64,000 bases of DNA from Alphaproteobacteria bacterium MarineAlpha5_Bin9 (GTDB taxonomy: Bacteria > Pseudomonadota > Alphaproteobacteria > HIMB59 > GCA-002718135), in the NCBI GenBank assembly GCA_002937895.1, contig PTKV01000002.1:2019-66018 (forward strand), written 5' to 3'. Shown here one piece after another: positions 10,291 through 20,421 of this stretch. Within the stretch, counting starts at the first letter, position 1. The number at the start of each line of letters is the position of its first letter. The position numbers and the translations under genes were made by a program. Below the pieces are notes generated by a model, which worked only from the letters and a program-made list of their open reading frames with translations, was not told the DNA's origin and did not search any database.

Positions 10291-11178
10291 ATGAGCCACA
10301 CTAGGGCTAACATTCTTTTACTTTTTGCTTCTTTTATTTGGGGAACAGCTTTCGTAAGTCAAGCTATGGGAATGGACAATATTGGCCCATTTACTTTTAG
10401 CTTTTCACGAACATTTTTAGGTTTTTTAATAGTTTTACCAATTGCTATATTTTATGAAAAGACATTGATTATAGTTTTAAAAAACAAACAATTATTAATA
10501 ATTTCTGTAATTACTGGTTCAGTTTTTTTTGTAGGAATGAATTTACAACAATATGCCCTGTTAAAATCACAAGTAGCAAATGCATCTTTTTTAACCACCT
10601 TATATGTTCCAATTGTTGCAATAATATCAAGATTTTTTTTTAAGTCAAAAATTTATTGGATCACTTGGTTTGCAGTATTGCTGTGTATTTATGGTTCATA
10701 TTTACTAACATCAAATCAATCATCAGAAATTAAAATGTATGATACTTTATTATTTTTGTCAGGTGTTTTTTTTGCAATACATATTATTCTAATAGATGTT
10801 TTTATGAAAAAATTTTATAGTCCATTTAGTTTTGCATCTATTCAATATTTTATAGTGGTAATATTTTCTTTTTTTATTGCTATATTATTCGAAACTCCAA
10901 CTATATCGAAAATAAAATTAGAATGGATTGAAATTTTATACTGCGGAGTGTTATCTACAGGTATTTCATACACTATACAAATTATTGCTCAAAGTAAGGC
11001 TAATCCAGCACCAGCAGCTATTATACTATCTATGGAAGCTGTATTTGCTGCCATAGCAGGATGGATAATTATGGGGCAAACTCTAGATAATTTTAAGATA
11101 ATCGGTTGCATTTGTATATTTTTGGGAGTTATTTTAGTTCAAATTATACCTGTTTATTCAAAAAATAAATCCATTTAA
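10291..11178 (+). CDS. DMT/EamA family transporter
   Basis: IWGTAFVSQ, FLTTLYVPIV, ILSMEAVFAA; about 10 TM segments. Confidence 0.85.
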   Translation: MSHTRANILLLFASFIWGTAFVSQAMGMDNIGPFTFSFSRTFLGFLIVLPIAIFYEKTLIIVLKNKQLLIISVITGSVFFVGMNLQQYALLKSQVANASFLTTLYVPIVAIISRFFFKSKIYWITWFAVLLCIYGSYLLTSNQSSEIKMYDTLLFLSGVFFAIHIILIDVFMKKFYSPFSFASIQYFIVVIFSFFIAILFETPTISKIKLEWIEILYCGVLSTGISYTIQIIAQSKANPAPAAIILSMEAVFAAIAGWIIMGQTLDNFKIIGCICIFLGVILVQIIPVYSKNKSI

Positions 11179-11231
11179 AAAAATTTTAATATAAATTTAT
11201 TTATTTTTTTATATTATGAGAGAAAGCAATT

Positions 11232-12206
11232 ATGAATAAAAAACTAAATGTAGTTGGAATAGGCAACGCTATGGTTGATGCCCTAATACCATCATCAAAA
11301 GAAGAAATAATTAATAATAACTTAAACCGTGACTCAATGAATTTAATTGATGAAGATCTTAAAAATAATCTTCACAAAAAATATCAAATTACAAAAATGG
11401 TTGGTGGTGGTTCTGTGGGAAACTCCATGTTTGGTATTGCTTCATTTGGAGGCAATGGAAGCTTTATAGGAAAAATTAAAAAAGATGAAATAGGCAAGTA
11501 TTTACAAGAAGATATGATTAAAGAAGGTTTAAATTTTCCTCTTGGATTTACTTCTCCTAGAGTCTCAACTGGATGTTGTACAATTTTTGTTGAGAATGAT
11601 GGAACTAGAACAATGTGCACATATTTAGGGGCAGGAACTTTAATTAGTCCAGAAGATATAAAAGAACAAAATATTAGAAATCATCAAGTAGCATATCTTG
11701 AAGGGTATTTATGGGATAATGAAAACGCAAAACAAGCAATGAAAAAAATGGTTGATATTTGTAAGGCTGACAATCAAAAAATAGCATTTACTTTATCCGA
11801 TCTATTTTGCGTTGATCGTCATAGAGAATCTTATAAAAGTTTAATTAAAAACAACATAGATATTTTATTTGGAAACAATGATGAATTTAGTTCAATGGTT
11901 AATTCAAATAACATAGAGGATGGTATTGCTTATGCTAAATCATTAAATATTCTTTCCATTTTAACTATGGGAGAAAAAGGTTCATTAATTATTAATGGCA
12001 ATCAAGTCATAGAAATAAAGCCAAAATCAGTTTCTCAGGTAATAGATACAACAGGTGCAGGTGATCTATATGCTGCTGGTTTTTTATTTGGATATACTCA
12101 TGAAAAAAGTCTAGAAGAATCTGGAAGATTAGCTTCAATTGCTGCTTCAGAAGTGATCTCACACTATGGTGCAAGACCTAAAGTAAAATTATCATCCTTG
12201 ATTTAA
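11232..12206 (+). CDS. PfkB-family nucleoside kinase (adenosine kinase-like)
   Basis: GIGNAMVD, GGGSVGNS, RTMCTYLGA, YLEGYLWD, DTTGAGDLYAAGF. Confidence 0.88.
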   Translation: MNKKLNVVGIGNAMVDALIPSSKEEIINNNLNRDSMNLIDEDLKNNLHKKYQITKMVGGGSVGNSMFGIASFGGNGSFIGKIKKDEIGKYLQEDMIKEGLNFPLGFTSPRVSTGCCTIFVENDGTRTMCTYLGAGTLISPEDIKEQNIRNHQVAYLEGYLWDNENAKQAMKKMVDICKADNQKIAFTLSDLFCVDRHRESYKSLIKNNIDILFGNNDEFSSMVNSNNIEDGIAYAKSLNILSILTMGEKGSLIINGNQVIEIKPKSVSQVIDTTGAGDLYAAGFLFGYTHEKSLEESGRLASIAASEVISHYGARPKVKLSSLI

Positions 12207-13180
12207 ATTTTACCTAATAATTCTTTTTTTATTTCTTCTTTACAAAATGCACTATCAATGGCATTTTTTGTAAGAGATTTTAATTCTTCATCATTTAATC
12301 CTAAACTACGCATAACTTCATATTCTCCTGCAATTGAGGCATTAAAAAATGGCGGATCATCTGAATTTACTGTAATCTTTACACCTTTATCAAACAACTC
12401 TTTAACAGGATGATCTTTATAGCTATTGTATATTTTAGTAGCAATATTACTGGTTGGACATGTTTCTAAGACTATATTCTTATCTTTAATATAGTTAATA
12501 AGATTTAAATCTTCAATTGATCTAACCCCGTGTCCCAAACGAGTAGGGTGAAGTAATTCAATAGCTTTACGAATATTCTCTGGGCCATCCCATTCTCCTG
12601 CATGAACAGTTATAGGAAATTTTGCCTCTTTAAGCATATCAAAAGTTTTAACAAAAAGATTTGGTGGAAAATGTAATTCATCACCTGCTAATCCAAATCC
12701 CACTAAATCAATATGAGGGTTTTCTAAAACTTCTAATGCAGTTTGGTGAACTGATTCAAATCCTAAATGTCTAATTCCATTCATAATATATTTAGAAATT
12801 ATTCCAAAATCTTTTTTAGCTTGATTGGCTCCATCAACAACACCTTCCAAAAAAGAATGATAGGACATTCCTTTCTTTTTAGCATGTGTAGATGAAATCA
12901 TAGCCTCTACATAAATTACATTATTTTCTGCACATTCTTTTAAATAATTATATGTAAGCTCACTATAATCTTCAGGTGTATGAATTACAGAAGTTACAAC
13001 ATCATATTTTTTTATAAAATCATAAAAATCCTCCCAAGCATAAGCGTAATGATCACCAAAAATATCGTTAGGTAATGCTACTTGATTACGCTTGGCAAAT
13101 TTTTTACACAAATCTGGAGCTATCGTTGCCTCTAAATGCACATGGATTTCTGCTTTTGGAATAAGTTTTGTTGAGTTCAT
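12203..13180 (-). CDS. add: adenosine deaminase
   Basis: PKAEIHVHLE, HAGE, RLGHG, CPTSN, NSDDP. Confidence 0.9.
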   Translation of the reverse strand: MNSTKLIPKAEIHVHLEATIAPDLCKKFAKRNQVALPNDIFGDHYAYAWEDFYDFIKKYDVVTSVIHTPEDYSELTYNYLKECAENNVIYVEAMISSTHAKKKGMSYHSFLEGVVDGANQAKKDFGIISKYIMNGIRHLGFESVHQTALEVLENPHIDLVGFGLAGDELHFPPNLFVKTFDMLKEAKFPITVHAGEWDGPENIRKAIELLHPTRLGHGVRSIEDLNLINYIKDKNIVLETCPTSNIATKIYNSYKDHPVKELFDKGVKITVNSDDPPFFNASIAGEYEVMRSLGLNDEELKSLTKNAIDSAFCKEEIKKELLGKI

Positions 13181-13207
13181 ATAAATTTTCTATATTTATA
13201 TATATAA

Positions 13208-14029
13208 ATGTCAGATTTTTCCAATTTTTCTAGAAGAAAATTTATATTAGGCGCATCATGTATGTGTAGTTCAGCTCTAATCTTGCCATCATGTGCTGAG
13301 GTAGCAATGTCTGACAGAAAACAAATTAAAATTTTTAGCGATGACTATTTATATTCAAAAGCTTTCCCTGCATATGAAAATTTTAAATCACAAACAAAAT
13401 TAATAACTGGAACAAATGAATCACAAAATATCGTAGATATTGGATTTAACATAAAAGATGCTATAAACAAATATTATAACAATCTTGGCGAAGAAGACCC
13501 AACTAGTAATTTTCAATGGGAATTTGTTTTAGTTGACGATGATCAAACTAAAAATGCATGGTGTATGCCTGGTGGTAAAATCGCTTTTTACACTGGAATA
13601 ATGCCTATTGCCTCTAATAATGATGGAATAGCATCTATAATGGGTCATGAAATAGCACACGCAGTTGCTAGGCATTCCTCTGAAAGAATGAGTACTGCTA
13701 TTCTTGTAGACGCTGGGACATATGCCTTAGAAAGATTAGTATTAGGGCAAAGATTGCCAAGTATTTCTAAACAACTAAGAACCTATGGATTAGACTTACC
13801 TTTTAATCGTAAACAAGAATCAGAGGCAGATTATTTAGGAATTATTTTCTCAAATTTAGCAGGATATAATATTGATGAGTCCTATAAAATATGGGAACGT
13901 ATGCAGAAAGAAGGAGGGGCCAGCCCTTCTGAATTTTTTAGCACACATCCATCGCCACAAAATAGAATAAATAAATTAAAAGAATGGATACCTGAGGTAA
14001 GATCTAAATACCCTTCTATAAAAACTTAG
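13208..14029 (+). CDS. M48 family metallopeptidase, probable Tat-exported lipoprotein
   Basis: SRRKFI twin-arginine motif and LPSC lipobox; NAWCMPGGK, HEIAH (HExxH), ESEAD, STHP. Confidence 0.88.
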   Translation: MSDFSNFSRRKFILGASCMCSSALILPSCAEVAMSDRKQIKIFSDDYLYSKAFPAYENFKSQTKLITGTNESQNIVDIGFNIKDAINKYYNNLGEEDPTSNFQWEFVLVDDDQTKNAWCMPGGKIAFYTGIMPIASNNDGIASIMGHEIAHAVARHSSERMSTAILVDAGTYALERLVLGQRLPSISKQLRTYGLDLPFNRKQESEADYLGIIFSNLAGYNIDESYKIWERMQKEGGASPSEFFSTHPSPQNRINKLKEWIPEVRSKYPSIKT

Positions 14030-14033
14030 CTTT

Positions 14034-14050
14034 TTTATAATGATTCTAAA
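14034..14050. promoter_or_regulatory. putative Irr-binding ICE palindrome upstream of the Fe3+ ABC ATPase
   Basis: TTTATAA-TGA-TTCTAAA, one mismatch to the alphaproteobacterial ICE consensus TTTAGAA-N3-TTCTAAA; intergenic. Confidence 0.65.
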
Positions 14051-14121
14051 AAATATTTAGATAAAAATAACTATTTTTCCTAAATTAATTAAAAATATTC
14101 AATATTTTTATTTTTGTATTA

Positions 14122-15189
14122 ATGATAGAATTAATTAAAATGTCTACTTTAAAAATTAAAAATTTAAATCATAAAATTAAAGATAATAATATATTACAAA
14201 ATATACATCTTGAAACTAAGGATGATAAGATTACTTGCATTTTGGGGCCTTCAGGAAGTGGAAAAACAACATTATTAAAACTCATTGCCGGCTTAGAAAG
14301 CGCTCAAGAGGGTGAAATTTATATTAATGACAAACTTGTCAGTTCATCAAGCATACATGTTAATACCGAAAAAAGAAATATTGGCTTTTTGTTTCAAGAT
14401 TTTGCATTATTTCCTCATCTAACTATTAAAGAAAACTTAAAATTTGCTATTAATAGTAAAAATGCTAACTTAGAAATAAACGAAATACTTAAATTAATAA
14501 AACTAACAAATTCATTACAAAAGTATCCTCATGAATTAAGTGGTGGGGAGCAACAAAGAGTAGCACTTGCCAGATCAATAATATCAAAGCCTCAACTTTT
14601 ACTATTAGATGAGCCTTTTTCTAATTTAGATTTAAATCTAAAGGAAGAAATTAGAGATGACACTTTGCACTTATTACAGAAATTTAATACTTCAGTAATT
14701 ATTGTTACACATGATCCTTTTGAAGCTATGTTTATTTCTAATAAAATTTATATTTTAAAAAAAGATGGGAGTATAATTCAATCAGGAACTCCAAATGATC
14801 TTTATAATAAACCTAAAACTTCATATGTTGCAGAATTTTTTGGAGAGACAAATAAATTTTCTGGCATTGTCGAAAATTCAATTGTTGATACTGCTGTTGG
14901 TCAAATACCTATTAGCAAACATCTTGAATCCAAAAATGTTGATATACACATTCGTCCCCAAGCAATAAAATTATCTCAAGAAAAAACACCAGTTAATGGT
15001 GTAAAAGGAATTGTAATGGCTTCCAAATTAATGGGATCATATAGCTTTATTCATCTTTCAGTTTTAGATAAAAACAATAACATTATTCACGTCCATAGTC
15101 ACATGCCTCCTAACTTTAATCCAAAACAATCTACAGCAGTTGGAATAGAAATAGATGTAAAAGAAATATTTGTCTTTGATAAAAATTAG
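14122..15189 (+). CDS. fbpC: Fe3+ ABC transporter ATP-binding subunit
   Basis: Walker A GPSGSGKT, FQDFALFPHL, LSGGEQQR, LLLDEPF; TOBE-like C-terminus; convergent with fbpAB. Confidence 0.85.
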   Translation: MIELIKMSTLKIKNLNHKIKDNNILQNIHLETKDDKITCILGPSGSGKTTLLKLIAGLESAQEGEIYINDKLVSSSSIHVNTEKRNIGFLFQDFALFPHLTIKENLKFAINSKNANLEINEILKLIKLTNSLQKYPHELSGGEQQRVALARSIISKPQLLLLDEPFSNLDLNLKEEIRDDTLHLLQKFNTSVIIVTHDPFEAMFISNKIYILKKDGSIIQSGTPNDLYNKPKTSYVAEFFGETNKFSGIVENSIVDTAVGQIPISKHLESKNVDIHIRPQAIKLSQEKTPVNGVKGIVMASKLMGSYSFIHLSVLDKNNNIIHVHSHMPPNFNPKQSTAVGIEIDVKEIFVFDKN

Positions 15190-15192
15190 ATA

Positions 15193-16860
15193 TTAACTAT
15201 GTGCTGCTGATGTATAAACTTCAGCAGAAGTTATACTGTGTTTTTTCGAGGAAAATTTTTTTATAGTAAAATTTAAAAATATTATTGGCCCTAAACCAGC
15301 TAGAATAATTATAATGGCCGCTAGAGAAGATTCTTCTAACATTTCATCAGACGCATATTGATAAACATATGTTGCCAATGTTTCAAAATTAAAAGGTCTT
15401 AACAATAATGTTATTGGCAACTCTTTAAGAATATCAACAAAAATTAAAATTCCACCTACTAAAACATTAGTGTAGACCAGTGGTAAAACTATTTTAAAAA
15501 CTATATTTATAAATTTATGACCCATAGTTCTACTAACATTAACAATACTGGGATCTATTTTTTGTATTCCTGATCTCATGGCTCCATTACCAACAGCCAA
15601 AAAACGTATTGTGTAAGCAAAAAACAAAACTATCAGACTTCCAGTATAATAATTCAAGCGAAAATAAATTATGTCATTTAACCATCCTACAAAAACAACA
15701 ATTCCAACTGCTAATATTGTTCCAGGAAAAGCATAACCACAAGATGAGATAAAAATAAGAAAACGAGTAATAGGATTTGATTTATAATAATTTACAACAA
15801 TCATAAAAATTGAAAGAAGCATAACTATTGATGATGCAGTAATTGCGACTAATATACTTGTAATAGAAGTAGAAAAAATTGCCTCAAAATTTATAACTGC
15901 AAAACCTTTTAGGACAAAATTTAACAAAACTCCTACTGGAATAATGAAACCAAACAAAAAAGGAGCAAAACATATAATAAAACAAATTACTTTAAAAAAT
16001 CCTTTTGCATGAATTGCTTCTATATTATTTTGACCACTGCTTTTTTCAAAAAATCTTTGGCGTTTTCTAGCTATCAATTCTAAGAATAAAAGAACTATTA
16101 CAAAAATAAAAAGTACACAAGATATTTGTGACGCTCCAGATAAACTATTCATGCCTAACCACACATTAAAAACTCCAAGGGTTAGTGTCTCTAAAGCAAA
16201 ATAATCAACTGTTCCAAAATCTGAAATAGTTTCCATTAATACTAATGCTAATCCAGCAACAATTCCAGGCCTAGCCAATGGAAGGGCTACATGAATAAAA
16301 ACATTCTTTCCATGAACTAAACTTGCATGATAAAATGAAATAGGGGTAGAGATAAAAGATGCACGAGTCATTAAATAAATATAAGGATACAAAACTGATG
16401 ACATAACAAAAATAGCTCCCTCCATTGAACGAATATTAGGAAACCAATAATCTTGAGCATTTCTCCAACCAAATAAATCCCTTAAAGCTCCTTGAACTGG
16501 TCCTGCATATTCAAATATATCAGTGTATGTATAAGCTATGATATAAGCCGGAACTGCTGCAGGTAGCAACAGAGCCCATTCAAAAAAAAATTTAAAAGGG
16601 AATTTGTAACGTGTTACAATCCATGCTGTTGATATACCAAAAAAAAGACTAAGACACCCAACTCCAAATAAAAGAATTAAAGTATTTGATATATACCTAG
16701 GAAGTACTGTCGAGAATAAATGGGACCAAAGAGATGCATCTCCTGCAAATGCTGAATAAAAAATTGCCAATATAGGGGCGATTATCAAACAAGATATAAT
16801 TGTTACCGAAATTGACCAAATATTAAAATTATACAAAATACTAGAACTATAAACTACCAA
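15193..16860 (-). CDS. fbpB: Fe3+ ABC transporter permease (exact start uncertain, TTG)
   Basis: Duplicated permease domains; LYPYIY, PLARPG, METISDFG, AFPGTILAVG, KELPITLLLRPFNFETLAT. Confidence 0.9.
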   Translation of the reverse strand: MVVYSSSILYNFNIWSISVTIISCLIIAPILAIFYSAFAGDASLWSHLFSTVLPRYISNTLILLFGVGCLSLFFGISTAWIVTRYKFPFKFFFEWALLLPAAVPAYIIAYTYTDIFEYAGPVQGALRDLFGWRNAQDYWFPNIRSMEGAIFVMSSVLYPYIYLMTRASFISTPISFYHASLVHGKNVFIHVALPLARPGIVAGLALVLMETISDFGTVDYFALETLTLGVFNVWLGMNSLSGASQISCVLFIFVIVLLFLELIARKRQRFFEKSSGQNNIEAIHAKGFFKVICFIICFAPFLFGFIIPVGVLLNFVLKGFAVINFEAIFSTSITSILVAITASSIVMLLSIFMIVVNYYKSNPITRFLIFISSCGYAFPGTILAVGIVVFVGWLNDIIYFRLNYYTGSLIVLFFAYTIRFLAVGNGAMRSGIQKIDPSIVNVSRTMGHKFINIVFKIVLPLVYTNVLVGGILIFVDILKELPITLLLRPFNFETLATYVYQYASDEMLEESSLAAIIIILAGLGPIIFLNFTIKKFSSKKHSITSAEVYTSAAHS

Positions 16861-17873
16861 CCAACTCTATCAATAATTTTTTGAGCCAAAGGAGCTAGTT
16901 CTGCTATTTTTATAATAGGTAATTTATCTTCTCTAAATTCTCCCCAACTGATTAATTCAGTTGATGGAGAAATATTAGGATTAACAGGATATTCAAAATT
17001 AATCTCTCCGTATAATTTTTGAGCTTTTGGACTAGTCAAAAACTCTAATAATGCTATTGCTGATTCTTTATTTTTTGAAAATTTAGCAACTCCTCCTCCA
17101 GATATATTTATATGGGCACCTCTATCTCCATTGTCCTGATTTGGAAAAATTAATAAAAGATTTTTTATCCATTCTCTTTGTTTAGGATCTTCAGAAAATT
17201 TAAGTTTGCCAAAATAGTAATTGTTTATTATTGCTATATCACATTCACCTTCATAAATAGCTTTTACTTGTGCCCTATCATTTCCTTGAGGGCGTCTAGC
17301 TAAATTATCTACTAATCCTTGCGCCCATTTTTCTGCTTCTACTTCCCCATGAGCAGCAATTATTGAAGTCATAAGTGCGCGATTATAAACATGACTACCT
17401 GGTCTGGAACAAATTCTTCCTTTCCATTCGGGATTGGCAAGATCTTCAATTCTTTTTATACTGTTAGCATTAACTCTATTCTTGTCTATAACTATAATTC
17501 TTGATCGTTTCGAAAAACTAAACCAAGTGTTATCGGGACTTCTAAGATGTTTTGGTATGTTTTTTTCAAGTTTTTTTGATTTAATAGAAGATAAAAGTTT
17601 TTGATCGTCGTAAATATAAAGTCTTGCAATATCTACTGTTAAAATAACATCAGCAGGACTATTTTCTCCTTCAGATTTTAAACGTTGGGCCAATCCTTTT
17701 TTTGAATAAATAACATTAGTTTTTATGCCGGTTTCTTCAGTAAATAGTTCTAAAAAAGGATTTATTAAAAAAGGTTGTCTATGAGAATAAATATTGATTT
17801 CATTTGCAAATAATTTTTCAATATGAATAAAAATAAAAATAATTGCTAATAACTTATAAAAAATAATTTTCAT
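16854..17873 (-). CDS. fbpA: Fe3+ ABC transporter substrate-binding protein (FbpA/FutA-like)
   Basis: Signal peptide; NIYSHRQ, SPADV-LTVD, HVYN, QGNDRAQ, NNYY (Tyr-Tyr iron ligands), HINISG. Confidence 0.9.
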   Translation of the reverse strand: MKIIFYKLLAIIFIFIHIEKLFANEINIYSHRQPFLINPFLELFTEETGIKTNVIYSKKGLAQRLKSEGENSPADVILTVDIARLYIYDDQKLLSSIKSKKLEKNIPKHLRSPDNTWFSFSKRSRIIVIDKNRVNANSIKRIEDLANPEWKGRICSRPGSHVYNRALMTSIIAAHGEVEAEKWAQGLVDNLARRPQGNDRAQVKAIYEGECDIAIINNYYFGKLKFSEDPKQREWIKNLLLIFPNQDNGDRGAHINISGGGVAKFSKNKESAIALLEFLTSPKAQKLYGEINFEYPVNPNISPSTELISWGEFREDKLPIIKIAELAPLAQKIIDRVGW

Positions 17874-18871
17874 TTATAATCCTCCTTTAAGTTTCGCTTC
17901 TTTAAATGAAAAACAATCTTATTAAATTTATTAAAAGTATAACTCTTGATTTCAATTAGTGGATTTAAATATAAGTTTAATAAAGAATGAGTTTCTTGTT
18001 TTTGATTTTTCTCTAAACCTAATTTAAGTGTATCAAATTCTACAGAATGATGAAGTGATCCAAATAACCAATCCCAAATAGCTAAGGCTGCTCCAAAATT
18101 CTTATCATGATGTTCTCTAGCTATAGAATGATGTAACTGGTGTTGTCCTGGAGATATGAAGATATATTCAACCCAATTCCAGTATCTGATTCCAATATGA
18201 GAATGTCTTAAATTAGATCCTAAAATATTAAAAATAAAAACAAAAACATTAACCCCAAGAATAGTAAATAAATTAACTGAGTCGGCAAAAAGAAATACAA
18301 ACAAGGAAATGCTTATTGCTTGAGTAACTGAACTTCTTAAAGAAAAAATTATGCCCTCTAAAGGATGAGTCCTAAAAACTGTCATAGGTGTTAAAACTGT
18401 TGCTGAGTGATGAACTTTATGAAGTGACCAAAGTATTGGTAATTTATGCATAAATCGATGTATTATATATTTACTAAAATCATCAATTGTAAATTGAAAA
18501 ATAGTAAATGCCAAAACAACATAAGTTTTAGATACACTTGTGAACATGCCTACACTTATCCAATCAATTGAATGGAAATAAAAATATAAAGCTGTTGCTA
18601 TTGTAAGCTGAGTAATCAATAATGGTGAAATTATCATCATTATTAATTGATTTAACAAAAAAACTTTATAATCGGATTTTGCTGATTTAGAAAAGAAAAT
18701 TTTATAGTCAAATATTTTCTTTAAGGTTTCATTAAATGAAAGTTTTTTTTTAACCATAAACCAAAGAAAGGCTATAAAAATAGAAATTAATATATAAAAA
18801 ATATAAATCCTTTTTTTTGGATCTATAAATTGATTGGTTATCAAAGATATATAATCAGATAAAATATCCAT
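17870..18871 (-). CDS. sterol desaturase / fatty-acid hydroxylase superfamily membrane di-iron protein
   Basis: His boxes HRFMH, HKVHH, HPLE, RHSH, HQLHH and NFG…WDWLFG; stop overlaps the fbpA start. Confidence 0.88.
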   Translation of the reverse strand: MDILSDYISLITNQFIDPKKRIYIFYILISIFIAFLWFMVKKKLSFNETLKKIFDYKIFFSKSAKSDYKVFLLNQLIMMIISPLLITQLTIATALYFYFHSIDWISVGMFTSVSKTYVVLAFTIFQFTIDDFSKYIIHRFMHKLPILWSLHKVHHSATVLTPMTVFRTHPLEGIIFSLRSSVTQAISISLFVFLFADSVNLFTILGVNVFVFIFNILGSNLRHSHIGIRYWNWVEYIFISPGQHQLHHSIAREHHDKNFGAALAIWDWLFGSLHHSVEFDTLKLGLEKNQKQETHSLLNLYLNPLIEIKSYTFNKFNKIVFHLKKRNLKEDYK

Positions 18872-18884
18872 AGTAGATAATATT

Positions 18885-18913
18885 TAGTGTGGCTATTTAT
18901 TAAAGCCACACTA
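18885..18913 (-). terminator. intergenic stem-loop after the DUF4856 gene (stabiliser or attenuator, no U-tract)
   Basis: Perfect 10-bp inverted repeat TAGTGTGGCT / AGCCACACTA with a 9-nt loop. Confidence 0.6.
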
Positions 18914-18923
18914 TTATAACATA

Positions 18924-20300
18924 TTAATCGTTTTCTGCAGAGTCAGAACTTCCCATTGAGTCAGCTAGAGCTGACATTTCAGCAAGCTGGTCATTTGACT
19001 TCGCTGTTACTCCAAATTCATCAACCATTAATTTTTGAATTTTAAGCATATGAAGTTTAAATTCTCCCCAGTCTTGTGCTTGATCTTTAATAAAGTTACC
19101 ATCTGAATCAACCCCAACAACTTGAGAAGCATTCAGTAAAACAGGTCCAAAACCCATCATTCTATTCATCTTAACAGCTGTTTCACCAAGATTTTTTGGT
19201 CCACATTGAAGCGCTAAAGCAAAACCTTTAAGCTCACCCCAATGCTTAGCATATTTTCTAAATGCATCAGTTGTATCGCCATTTGCTTCAAGAATTGTTT
19301 CGAGAGCAATGATATCTTTATAAGTTGATCCAGCATATTTAAAGACTGATTCAGCTATTACCTTTTCCCAATTTTCAGCAATTATATCCCTTTGGACTAG
19401 AAGCTTAGTTCTTTGATCGAAGTTAAGATTTTTTCCTGCAGCATCTACAATTACTTGCCTTCCATCTATGAATGCTTGATTAATAGTTGCAAGATAATTA
19501 GTTTTTCCACCTTTATCGTAACTAGAAGCATAATATGCATGTGCAAAAGTATATTCGGAATAAAGATCTACAACACCATCTCCATTGAAGTCAGCTGATG
19601 CCATATCTTTCTTTTTAGCTAAATTATAATTTTGTTCTGCACTTAAAGTCAAAGCATGAGCCGCAGATCCCCAATAGCCAAAAGCCTCATCCCAACTGTG
19701 TTCTTTTCCAGTATAATAAGCTCCGTCCTTATAGGGTTTGTTGTTTGGCTTTTGTCCAATTTCCATTTTCTTTCCAAGATAATTATTTATTGCTTGATTA
19801 TAAAAAACAGCGCCCATGGCAAATTTAGAAATTAATTGAGTATAATCAAAGCCAGTATTAGGATCAAAGCCGCCCTCTACTTCTCCTGCTTTAGTAATCA
19901 TATGTTCTAATACTTCTGCACCTGTAAGATTGCCCCATCCAGCAATAGATCCTTTGAAAATTTTGCCAGAAAGATTACCACTTCCAATTTCTGAAACCAT
20001 AGTTTGTTTAATTAAAAAATCATCTTTGGATTTAGGTGCAACAATTTCTAACCCATCTTCTCCGTTATAATAAGCCATCATTTTGCTTACATCACCAGTT
20101 TTAACAAGAGCCTTTAAACTGTCATGCAAAACATGTCTTGCCATTTGCCCTGTATATTTTACAGAATTTGTTTTATCACCAGAATAGCCTAATAAAGTTA
20201 TTGGATAAGGTCCATAAACATCATGCCCATCTGCAAGAGTTACTTTACCATAACTAAATGCCAACATTGCCATCATGGTAACATATAATAGTTTTTTCAT
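18924..20300 (-). CDS. secreted DUF4856-like protein
   Basis: Signal peptide ending LA-DGH; YTGQMARH, QLISKF-MGAVFY-QA, EHSWDEAFGYWG, KHWGELKGF motifs as I recall them for DUF4856; DFNGDGVVD Ca-loop; strong AAAAGGA SD. Confidence 0.72.
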   Translation of the reverse strand: MKKLLYVTMMAMLAFSYGKVTLADGHDVYGPYPITLLGYSGDKTNSVKYTGQMARHVLHDSLKALVKTGDVSKMMAYYNGEDGLEIVAPKSKDDFLIKQTMVSEIGSGNLSGKIFKGSIAGWGNLTGAEVLEHMITKAGEVEGGFDPNTGFDYTQLISKFAMGAVFYNQAINNYLGKKMEIGQKPNNKPYKDGAYYTGKEHSWDEAFGYWGSAAHALTLSAEQNYNLAKKKDMASADFNGDGVVDLYSEYTFAHAYYASSYDKGGKTNYLATINQAFIDGRQVIVDAAGKNLNFDQRTKLLVQRDIIAENWEKVIAESVFKYAGSTYKDIIALETILEANGDTTDAFRKYAKHWGELKGFALALQCGPKNLGETAVKMNRMMGFGPVLLNASQVVGVDSDGNFIKDQAQDWGEFKLHMLKIQKLMVDEFGVTAKSNDQLAEMSALADSMGSSDSAEND

Positions 20301-20421
20301 AATTTTCCTTTTTTGAATTAAGTTTAATAAAATTTAAAAATTTTAATTCGATTATAGAGTCTAATAATGTAAATTAAACTTTTTAAAAAAGAATGATATT
20401 TTGTGGCTAAAAATAAAGTTT

